Both the position numbers and the translations under genes were made by a program. Below are positions 56,706-64,000 of a stretch of 64,000 bases of DNA, piece by piece (the stretch's first letter is position 1; every line of letters begins with the position of its first letter). Below the pieces are notes generated by a model. That model had not been told where the DNA came from and did not search any database. It saw only the letters and a program-made list of their open reading frames with translations. The DNA is from Candidatus Fermentibacteraceae bacterium (GTDB lineage Bacteria; Fermentibacterota; Fermentibacteria; Fermentibacterales; JCC-6), in contig JBGSZS010000019.1 of NCBI GenBank assembly GCA_041750285.1, forward strand, positions 1-64,000, read 5' to 3'.

Positions 56706-57107
56706 TTACAGCCTCCATACCTCCTCGCCGGTCTGGACCAGTCCCATGCCGTTCTCCTCCAGGGCCGTGCGCATCCACTCCAGTGATTTGTCGAAATTGT
56801 CCATGAGGACCGCATTTCCGTTGTCGGAGCTGACGAGAAGCATCCTGCCGTTCCGGGCGTAGGTTCCCCTGGAGACGGTAATGGTGCCGAAGGGAAGGCT
56901 GACAGGCTTTCCCCTTATCAGGAGCTTGAGAAGGATGCCCAACTGGGTGTAGAGGGGCGCCATCCGGCCAAGGTCGTGGAAGACGAACCTTCTGTCGGTC
57001 AGGACGCACCGGCTGTCAACCGGGAACTTGATCTTCCCGCCCTGCAGCGTGTAGCGGCGCCTGTCGGCAAAAACCCTCTCGTCGGGGTCGGGGGTGAACT
57101 TCGGCAT
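56706..57107 (-). CDS. Hypothetical protein (possible PH-like fold)
   Basis: AAGGAGG SD; CVLTDRRFVF motif; operon-like spacing. Confidence 0.6.
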   Translation of the reverse strand: MPKFTPDPDERVFADRRRYTLQGGKIKFPVDSRCVLTDRRFVFHDLGRMAPLYTQLGILLKLLIRGKPVSLPFGTITVSRGTYARNGRMLLVSSDNGNAVLMDNFDKSLEWMRTALEENGMGLVQTGEEVWRL

Positions 57108-57119
57108 GATCCTCCTTCT

Positions 57120-57851
57120 TCAGAACATCCGTCTTATCGTGAAGCCCAGGGAGAGGTCGTTCGTGGCTGCGCCGTTCAACTGTCCCCGGGGGCCGATGCC
57201 GGTGCTGTTCCCAAGGCAGAAGACGAACTGGTGACCCCACGTGGTGCGCCTGACCCCGAAAGAGAACGAGTCTTCCGGGAGGATCAGCGGGTCATCTTCA
57301 TCCCGTTCCACCACCGGGAAGTATTCGCCGATCAGTGCGGTGTTTTCCCCGAGTCCGAGGGAAAGGCCGAAGCCGGGGCCGTGTCTTTCGGTCCTGCCGT
57401 CGTAGGCGTAGTTCACCGTGGGGATCACCCGCCCGTCAGCGAATGGTGCCGAGAATGCTCCCAGCAGCGTGAGCCCGCCCTCCCTGTCCTGGTTGGCTGC
57501 CGGCTTCACCGAGGAATACCCCAGCGAGAAGGATGCCTCGAAGCTGTCTACAAATGTGCTCCAGTGACCACCCAGGGTGTACTCCTTCCACGATCGCACG
57601 TGGCCGGCCCTGATCTCCAGGCCGCCAACCGGGAACCAGCCCAGCTCGGCGGCCACGTTGGCTCCGTTGTCCATTCCGAAGAAAGTCTCGATCGGTTCGT
57701 CCTTCAGTGCTGCACCGTAGAACCTGTGGTTCAGCCTGAGCTCAATGCTTCCCTCCTCAGTTGCCGGCGCGGGGGTCTCGATGTTGAACATTCCCGGGCC
57801 GTATGCGGCGAGGGGGAAAGTGATGGCAAGGAGCATCGCGGCAACTTTCAT
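57120..57851 (-). CDS. Outer-membrane beta-barrel, DUF5777-like
   Basis: Signal peptide; HRFYG...FFGMDNGAN, TWGHQF...NS, LGFTIRRMF with C-terminal Phe. Confidence 0.75.
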   Translation of the reverse strand: MKVAAMLLAITFPLAAYGPGMFNIETPAPATEEGSIELRLNHRFYGAALKDEPIETFFGMDNGANVAAELGWFPVGGLEIRAGHVRSWKEYTLGGHWSTFVDSFEASFSLGYSSVKPAANQDREGGLTLLGAFSAPFADGRVIPTVNYAYDGRTERHGPGFGLSLGLGENTALIGEYFPVVERDEDDPLILPEDSFSFGVRRTTWGHQFVFCLGNSTGIGPRGQLNGAATNDLSLGFTIRRMF

Positions 57852-57860
57852 TTGAACCTC

Positions 57861-58391
57861 CTAAAGGAGTTCGAGTGAAACGGCACGAACGAACTGGTGG
57901 GCGCTGGTGAAATCATCGCCGCCGCTCGGGCCGTAGGCCAGAAGGATTGTGAAGGTTTCCCCCTGGGTGAGAACGGCGTCGTACTGGTCACCGGAAGACA
58001 TGGGAACCGAGAAGTCGATCTCGGTCATGTTGCCGTTCTCGCCGGAGTCGATGAGGGTGACATCGCTGGTTCCCCCCAGCACTGAATCCGCCTCGTGGGT
58101 CGTGGCACCAGTTCCGAAGTCGTCACGGATGTAGCCCGTTCCGTTCTCGAAGTAGCCGATCACAAAATTCGCGTCCTTCATCATGACCGAGGGGTCGAAC
58201 CCCACCGCCACCCATCCCGTAGTCGGGGCGGAGAGCTTCACATGAAGCGTCGCCCCGTCATTTTCCACCCGCCACTGGAACACGATGTCGTCAGTGGTGT
58301 AGCTGTACCATCCCTCGGCCTCGGATGGACCGGCAGGGTCGCCGCAGCTTCCCAAGAGAAGCAGGGCTGCGAGAACAAGTGCTTTTTTCAT
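57861..58391 (-). CDS. DOMON-domain lipoprotein
   Basis: Lipobox LLGSC; PTTGWVAVGFDP..MMKDANFVIG...RDDF, C-terminal AH. Confidence 0.85.
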   Translation of the reverse strand: MKKALVLAALLLLGSCGDPAGPSEAEGWYSYTTDDIVFQWRVENDGATLHVKLSAPTTGWVAVGFDPSVMMKDANFVIGYFENGTGYIRDDFGTGATTHEADSVLGGTSDVTLIDSGENGNMTEIDFSVPMSSGDQYDAVLTQGETFTILLAYGPSGGDDFTSAHQFVRAVSLELL

Positions 58392-58475
58392 TCCGCCTCC
58401 TTTCCCGTCAATCGTTTTCCTTACTTGACAGTTGTATTATCATGCTTGCAGGTCAAAAAGAAAGGAAGGCTGACA

Positions 58476-59024
58476 ATGGGCAAACTGTTGATCATCATGG
58501 CCGTCCTGACGGGCACCACTTTCGCGTGGCAGGAGATCGAGGTCTCGGGGTTCCTCCTCAGGTGGGAGACCCAGGCGGGAGACAACCTCGCCGTTGAGCT
58601 TACCGGTCCCACGACGGGATGGGTGGCGGTGGGGTTCGACCCCTCGGTGATGATGCTGGACGCCAACATCATCATCGGCTACTTTTCCGGCGGCAACACC
58701 TTCATCAGGGACGACTTCGGCTGGCAGACCACATCCCACAGGGCCGACACCCTTCTTGGTGGAACCGATGACGTCGTGATCGACGGAGGTTCCGAGTCCG
58801 GCGGGGAAACCCAGATCAGGTTCACCATCCCGCTCGACTCCGGCGACCAGTACGACAAGCCCCTTGTTCCGGGCAACACCTACCCGATAATCCTTGCCAG
58901 GGGACCCAACGGCGCCGATGACTTCTCGACCGCGCACGAGTTCATAACCACGGCCAACATTGAAATCCTTTCCTTCTCCCTCCAGGGGACCACCTGGGGC
59001 AGGGCGAAGATTGGTCTTGACTGA
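58476..59024 (+). CDS. Secreted DOMON-domain protein with C-terminal TTWGRAK motif
   Basis: Signal peptide; PTTGWVAVGFDPSVMMLDANIIIG...RDDF; tail SLQGTTWGRAKIGLD. Confidence 0.85.
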   Translation: MGKLLIIMAVLTGTTFAWQEIEVSGFLLRWETQAGDNLAVELTGPTTGWVAVGFDPSVMMLDANIIIGYFSGGNTFIRDDFGWQTTSHRADTLLGGTDDVVIDGGSESGGETQIRFTIPLDSGDQYDKPLVPGNTYPIILARGPNGADDFSTAHEFITTANIEILSFSLQGTTWGRAKIGLD

Positions 59025-59028
59025 GGGC

Positions 59029-59622
59029 ATGACCGGCCCCGTGCGGATCCTCGCCTTTGCGGGCAGCGCCAGAGAGGGATCGTACAATCGCTCGCTGATC
59101 GGGCAGGCGGCGGCATTCGCACGCGAGGCCGGAGCTTCCGTGAATCTCGTCGATCTTGATGAGTTCCCCATGCCGATCATGAACCAGGACCTCGAGAAAG
59201 CGAACGGCATTCCCGTGAACGCCCTTGAGTTCAAGAGGCTTCTTCAGGAAAGCGACGGCTTTCTCATAGCATCACCCGAGTACAACGGCTTCGTTACACC
59301 GCTTCTCAAAAACTGCCTGGACTGGGCTTCCCGTTCGGAAACACCCGCCGAGAAGCCCCTCTCGGCGTTCAGGGGCAAAACGGCGGCCATCCTGTCCGCC
59401 TCACCCGGCAGTCTCGGGGGGCTTCGCGGTCTTTCCGCACTCAGGACCCTTCTCACGAATCTTGGCGTGATGGTGCTTCCGGGACAGCATGCGGTTTCAG
59501 GCGCGGACATGGCATTCGATGACGAAGGCAGGCTGACCGACCCCGGGAACGTCAAATCCGTTGGCAGGGTCGTCCGGGAACTCGTCAGGATCGCTTCCGC
59601 GCTGAAAGCCCGAGTTCCCTGA
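59029..59622 (+). CDS. NADPH-dependent FMN reductase (ChrR-like)
   Basis: AGSAREGSYN, ASPEYNG..TPLLKN.LDW.SR, SASPG.LGG. Confidence 0.92.
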   Translation: MTGPVRILAFAGSAREGSYNRSLIGQAAAFAREAGASVNLVDLDEFPMPIMNQDLEKANGIPVNALEFKRLLQESDGFLIASPEYNGFVTPLLKNCLDWASRSETPAEKPLSAFRGKTAAILSASPGSLGGLRGLSALRTLLTNLGVMVLPGQHAVSGADMAFDDEGRLTDPGNVKSVGRVVRELVRIASALKARVP

Positions 59623-60317
59623 TGCTTGCTCAACCACTTCCGCCAGCGCTTCCGCCGGAAGGTGCCGAATCATCCGGTCTGCTTGAGACCGTTGCCCTCC
59701 GGACGGTTCTCCGCTCCCCCGAGTGGGCGCACATCAAGGAGTACTGGAACCTCCTGAACCGCGTCACGGGCGACGGTGGCCGGTTCCAGCCCGCGGGAGA
59801 CCTGGACATGGCAAAGGCCGACAGCATCATATCTGATGTGCGAAGGTGCGTTTCAGCGCTCAATCCGGACGGCGGGACCGGGGGCATGTGGAGCGCGCTG
59901 AACATGGCTGGTCTTCTTGTCGAAACCCGGGCAATGCGGCTCAGCCGCATCAATCCCGCCTTCCTGACAAGGATGATGCCCTCCTGGTCGACCACTCTTG
60001 GTGAAGACCTTCTCTACAGTTTCGATTCGAGGCTCAGGGAGCTCTCGAGGCTCAGGAGCGGGGGGGAACTCACCGAAGAGGTCTTTCTGTCGGCGTCTGA
60101 TACGCTGGGCATGCAGTTCGAGACGTGGGCGCTGCTGCAGCTGGCCAATGACCGCTACGGCTTCGGTCCCCCCGGTATCCAGGAAAGGCTTCTGGAGGTC
60201 GAGCTCCTCTACGAAGCAGTCGCGGAAGAGTTCGGGGAGGACAGGGTGACCGCGTTCAGGGAGATGCGCCCATACCTCGAGCCCATTCTCGAAGACCTTC
60301 TCGAGGAGCTTCACTGA
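59622..60317 (+). CDS. Hypothetical alpha-helical protein
   Basis: Overlaps both neighbours; coding-like codon usage; no motif recognised. Confidence 0.6.
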   Translation: MLAQPLPPALPPEGAESSGLLETVALRTVLRSPEWAHIKEYWNLLNRVTGDGGRFQPAGDLDMAKADSIISDVRRCVSALNPDGGTGGMWSALNMAGLLVETRAMRLSRINPAFLTRMMPSWSTTLGEDLLYSFDSRLRELSRLRSGGELTEEVFLSASDTLGMQFETWALLQLANDRYGFGPPGIQERLLEVELLYEAVAEEFGEDRVTAFREMRPYLEPILEDLLEELH

Positions 60318-61228
60318 ACTGTTTCTGGTTCGCCTTCGAGGTCACTCCACGCTGCAACCTCTCATGCGGCTACTGCTACAATTACTGGCGCGGTTCCGGG
60401 AACCAGGTTCCCGGGGAGCTTGCACTCCCCCGGATACTGGAACTGTTTGAAAGCCTTCGAACCGATGCCCCCGGATCAGGAGTGACGCTTACGGGAGGCG
60501 AACCCCTGCTCAGGCCGGATCTTCCCGGGATAGCCGCCGCAGCTTCCGAACAGGGCTTCACGGTTGCCGTGGCCACCAACGGAACCCTTCTGACACCATC
60601 CATTGCGCGCGAACTTCGGGATTCGGGAGTCAGGCACTTCGACATCGGGATTGAAAGCGCCATCGCCGGGGTTTCTGAGGGGATTGCCGGCGCCTGCGCC
60701 ACCGGCGCCAGTGTCACCCTCTCACTGTGCCTTACCTCGAGGAACGCCGGCTCAGCAGCGGATGTGGTCAGGCTCGCCGCCGCACTGGGTGCGGATGCCG
60801 TATGTCTTAACAGGTTCGTTCCATCGGGAAAAACGACCGATGCCGGATATCTGCCCACTCCTGCGGAACTGGAGAGCGCCCTCCGGGATGCGGGAGGGAT
60901 GGGCATGATGCTCTCGCTGCCCGTCTACGCGGGGATCCCACTGGAACCCTGTTTGTTCCCCAATGTCGGGGAATCCGGTATAGTCAACACTGCGTGTCAC
61001 TGTGGGGAGGGCAAGTGGGCCATAGGTCCCGATGGCTGGCTGAGAACCTGTGAGCAGAGCCCTGTCCTTCTCGGAAGCCTCCTTGCCGAAAGGTTTTCCA
61101 CACTGAGGGAGTTGGCCGCAGTGAGAGAGTTCCGCAGCAAAACGACTTCCGGTGGCTGCCGCAGCTGCCCTGATCTGCAGGGGTGCGGCGGGGGGTGCAG
61201 GTTCCTTGCCGGATCGGAGCGCGGTTGA
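60314..61228 (+). CDS. Radical SAM/SPASM protein (probable CTG start)
   Basis: FEVTPRCNLSCGYC lies in frame upstream of the ORF-track start; TGGEPLLR, ATNG, CHCG...GPDG.LRTC...CRSC....CGGGC. Confidence 0.85.
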   Translation: MNCFWFAFEVTPRCNLSCGYCYNYWRGSGNQVPGELALPRILELFESLRTDAPGSGVTLTGGEPLLRPDLPGIAAAASEQGFTVAVATNGTLLTPSIARELRDSGVRHFDIGIESAIAGVSEGIAGACATGASVTLSLCLTSRNAGSAADVVRLAAALGADAVCLNRFVPSGKTTDAGYLPTPAELESALRDAGGMGMMLSLPVYAGIPLEPCLFPNVGESGIVNTACHCGEGKWAIGPDGWLRTCEQSPVLLGSLLAERFSTLRELAAVREFRSKTTSGGCRSCPDLQGCGGGCRFLAGSERG

Positions 61229-61719
61229 ACTACTTCGCGTACGGATCGAACATGTCCCTGGCAAGGCTATCCGCAAGGATACCGTCGGTGCGGCGGATCG
61301 GTGTCGGCTCCCTCGCCGGATACACGCTGGTGTTTCACAAGGCCGGTGAGAAGGACGGCTCGGCCAAGTGCGACGCATTCTTCACGGGCGACCCGTCCCA
61401 CGAGGTGCTGGGTGTGGTTTACGGGATAGATCCCGACGAGAAGCACAGGCTGGACATCATCGAGGGCGTGGGGTACGGCTACGAGAACCGCTTCGTCACG
61501 GTCAGGCTCGGTGACGGCAGCCTTCTCCGGGCATGGGTGTACTGCGCCACCTCGATCGACACGGCTCTCCTGCCTTTCGACTGGTACAGGGAGCATGTGG
61601 TGAGGGGAGCCATCGAAAACGGTCTGCCCGACCGGTACGTCGCCATGATCAGGGCCGTTCAGGTCATGACCGATCCCGACCGGGAGCGTTCCGCGCGCGA
61701 GCTTTCCATCTACGGCTGA
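61225..61719 (+). CDS. Gamma-glutamylcyclotransferase family protein
   Basis: YFAYGSNM, GVVY.I...LDIIEG..YGY, GLP..Y. Confidence 0.88.
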   Translation: MNYFAYGSNMSLARLSARIPSVRRIGVGSLAGYTLVFHKAGEKDGSAKCDAFFTGDPSHEVLGVVYGIDPDEKHRLDIIEGVGYGYENRFVTVRLGDGSLLRAWVYCATSIDTALLPFDWYREHVVRGAIENGLPDRYVAMIRAVQVMTDPDRERSARELSIYG

Positions 61720-61721
61720 AC

Positions 61722-61749
61722 TTGACAAACCGGCCCCCTGTTGTAAGGT
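61722..61749 (+). promoter_or_regulatory. Candidate promoter for fusA
   Basis: TTGACA-16-TAAGGT. Confidence 0.45.
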
Positions 61750-61791
61750 TGCCTCCCTGTAACCCCCAATACCAGGAGACAGGTTCCGCCC

Positions 61792-63846
61792 ATGAGCAGC
61801 CCGAGCGCACTGCGCAACATAGGCATCTTCGCCCACATCGACGCGGGCAAGACCACGGTCACGGAGAGGATTCTCTTCTACACCGGCCGCACCCATCGAA
61901 TGGGGGACGTTGACCACGGCACCACCGTGATGGACTGGATGCCGCAGGAGCGCGAACGGGGCATTACCATTGTTTCCGCCGCCACCACGTGCATCTGGAA
62001 GAACACCACGATAAACATCATCGACACACCCGGCCATGTGGATTTCACGGCCGAGGTCGAGCGTTCGCTCAGGGTCCTGGACGGGGGGGTGGCCGTTTTC
62101 TGCGCTGTCGGGGGGGTTGAACCCCAGACCGAGACTGTCTGGCGGCAGGCGCTGAAGTACGGGGTCCCGACGATCGCCTTCGTGAACAAGATGGACCGCC
62201 AGGGAGCCGATTTCCCCAGGGTGCTCCAGATGATGCGGGACATCCTGGGAGCCGTGCCCCTGCCCGTTTTCCTTCCCATCGGGAGCGGACAGGCCTTCAG
62301 GGGCATCGTGGACGTTGTGCGCGGCAGGGCGCTCTACTTCGATCAGGAATCCCTGGGCGAGACCATCCGGGAAGAGCCGATACCCGAAGAGATGATCGAT
62401 TCCGCGGCACTGGCCCTCGAGGCCGTGCACGAGGCAGTGGCGGACCTTTGCGAAGAGGCCATGGAGCTTTACTGCACGGGTGATCTCGACCCGTCCCTCA
62501 TCATCCCGCTCATCAGAAAGGGAACGCTTGAGAAACGGTTCGTTCCGGTCCTTTGCGGAGCCGCTCTCAGGAACGTGGGTGTTCAGAGCCTTCTCGACGC
62601 AATAGTCGACTGGCTTCCCGCCCCCGAAGAACTCGCTCCCGTGGCAGGCATCAAATCCGGCGGCACCGGGGCGGACAGGCCAAGGAACGTCGATTCGCCC
62701 TTCACTGCCCTGGTGTTCAAGATACAGACCGACTCCCACCTGGGCAGACTCGCCTACATGAGGGTCTATTCGGGAAGCGCGAAGGACGGCCAGGCAGTTC
62801 TGAACAACCGCACGGGCAGGAAGGAGAGGATGATGCGCCTCGTCCGCATGCACGCGGACAAGCGCGACCACCTCGATTCCGTGCAGGCCGGAGACATTGC
62901 GGCCGCAGGCATGAAGGACGCCGCCACGGGCGACACACTGACGGCGCCCGAGCACCCGCTGACACTTGAGTCGATCGACTTCGCCGAGCCGGTGATGCAG
63001 ATGGCCATCGAACCCGCGGGTGCCCGTGACGACAAAGCTCTCGAAGACGCCCTTCAGGAGATGACAAGCGAGGACCCCAGCCTGAGGGTGGGCGTTGACC
63101 GCGACACCGGCCAGAACATCATCATGGGAATGGGTGAACTGCATCTCGAGATAGTCGTGGACAGACTGAAGCGGGAGAGGAAGCTTCAGGTTCACACCGG
63201 CAATCCCCAGGTATCCTACAGAGAAGGAGTTCTGCGGCCGGGCAGGGGCGAGGGCAGCTTCGAGAGGCTCATAGCGGGTCGTGGCAACTTTGGACATGCG
63301 GTTGTGCAGGTCGAGCCCACGGCGGGGGGGATCGAGATCGAAGACAACGTTCCCGGGCTTCCCGCTTCCTTCATCGAGGCCGCGAAAAGCGGGATCAGGG
63401 GCAGTGTGGGTGCCGGTGCCCTGGCGGGTTTCCCGGTTGACGGCATTCGGATCACAATTGTCGAAGCAAGGCTTCACGAGACCGATTCGACCGAGCTTGG
63501 CTACGCTTCAGCCGCTGCGGCCGCCTTCCGTGAAGCGCTGAAGGATGGCTCACCCGTTATCCGCGAGCCCATAATGGCGCTGGATGTCATCACCCCCATT
63601 GACTATCTCGGAGAGGTCCTGGGCGACATCAGCTCCCGCCGTGGACAGGTCGAGGCCATCCACCAGCGCGGGGAGGCACGCAACATTCACGCCAGGGTTC
63701 CCCTGGCCGAGCTTTTCGGCTATTCCAGCAGCATAAGGAGCCTCACCCAGGGCAGGGCAGGGTTCTCCATGCAGTTCCTGAACTACGAGAACACCCCGCC
63801 CAACGTTCAGCGCGACCTGCTTCAGAAAATGGGCATCATAACCTGA
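61792..63846 (+). CDS. fusA: Elongation factor G, divergent
   Basis: [45 protein letters not shown]...TQGRA. Confidence 0.93.
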   Translation: MSSPSALRNIGIFAHIDAGKTTVTERILFYTGRTHRMGDVDHGTTVMDWMPQERERGITIVSAATTCIWKNTTINIIDTPGHVDFTAEVERSLRVLDGGVAVFCAVGGVEPQTETVWRQALKYGVPTIAFVNKMDRQGADFPRVLQMMRDILGAVPLPVFLPIGSGQAFRGIVDVVRGRALYFDQESLGETIREEPIPEEMIDSAALALEAVHEAVADLCEEAMELYCTGDLDPSLIIPLIRKGTLEKRFVPVLCGAALRNVGVQSLLDAIVDWLPAPEELAPVAGIKSGGTGADRPRNVDSPFTALVFKIQTDSHLGRLAYMRVYSGSAKDGQAVLNNRTGRKERMMRLVRMHADKRDHLDSVQAGDIAAAGMKDAATGDTLTAPEHPLTLESIDFAEPVMQMAIEPAGARDDKALEDALQEMTSEDPSLRVGVDRDTGQNIIMGMGELHLEIVVDRLKRERKLQVHTGNPQVSYREGVLRPGRGEGSFERLIAGRGNFGHAVVQVEPTAGGIEIEDNVPGLPASFIEAAKSGIRGSVGAGALAGFPVDGIRITIVEARLHETDSTELGYASAAAAAFREALKDGSPVIREPIMALDVITPIDYLGEVLGDISSRRGQVEAIHQRGEARNIHARVPLAELFGYSSSIRSLTQGRAGFSMQFLNYENTPPNVQRDLLQKMGIIT

Positions 63847-63861
63847 CGGGGGTCTGGTCTC

Positions 63862-63999
63862 TCAGGCGGTCACGGTTCTCGGGATGCCGTCGGGAAGCTG
63901 GGCGAGGACTTCGTAGTTCAAATGTCCGGCCAGGTCTCCGAATGACCTCACTGTTATCTCCCGTCGGCCCTGCTTGCCGATGATGACGACTTCGTCGCC
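63862..63999 (-). CDS. alr: Alanine racemase C-terminal end (rest outside window)
   Basis: Minus strand reads GDEVVIIGKQGRREITVRSFGDLAGHLNYEVLAQLPDGIPRTVTA*, matching the Alr C-terminal GDEV.LIG...NYE..PR pattern. Confidence 0.7.
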   Translation of the reverse strand, partial: GDEVVIIGKQGRREITVRSFGDLAGHLNYEVLAQLPDGIPRTVTA

Positions 64000-64000
64000 C

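Noticed and set aside
52565..61719. Block between rpsG and fusA as a mobile element
   Set aside because: No integrase, transposase or flanking direct repeats seen, and the composition is similar to the rest of the window.
61267..63477. 736-aa antisense ORF over fusA
   Set aside because: Mirror of the fusA codons; no independent evidence.

Overview
A mostly housekeeping 64-kb segment from a GC-rich diderm bacterium. The porin, outer-membrane barrels, FlgD/T9SS-like C-terminal domains and a C-terminal TTWGRAK motif suggest an FCB-group candidate phylum such as Ca. Fermentibacterota (inference). In order it holds: ugd-uxs-wza-wzz-like polysaccharide genes running into phoBR; a porin-pstSCAB-phoU-pstS2 operon with an 11-bp-periodic Pho box; an RCC1/BLIP-II repeat protein; a CCA-adding enzyme; a degenerate DnaQ + GIY-YIG fusion followed by a DnaA-box-like cluster; tldD/tldE; glycosyltransferases, aspartokinase, uppP, a TPR-barrel protein and an ABC/radical SAM operon; the tRNA(Thr-Tyr-Gly-Thr)-tuf-rpmG-tRNA(Trp)-secE-nusG-rplKAJL-rpoBC-rpsLG cluster; and a 9.3-kb accessory block separating rpsG from a divergent fusA. 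The most striking observation is a ~200-aa insertion inside the trigger-loop (SI3) region of RNA polymerase beta', which reads like a degenerate STAND/AAA_16 P-loop NTPase domain. Other notable points are a probable chimeric junction near 1.43 kb, a divergent DOMON paralog pair with different anchoring signals, a radical SAM gene with a CTG start, and a D516E-equivalent change in RpoB. No CRISPR array, IS element or prophage was recognised. All family calls come from motif recognition by eye; no database searches were run.
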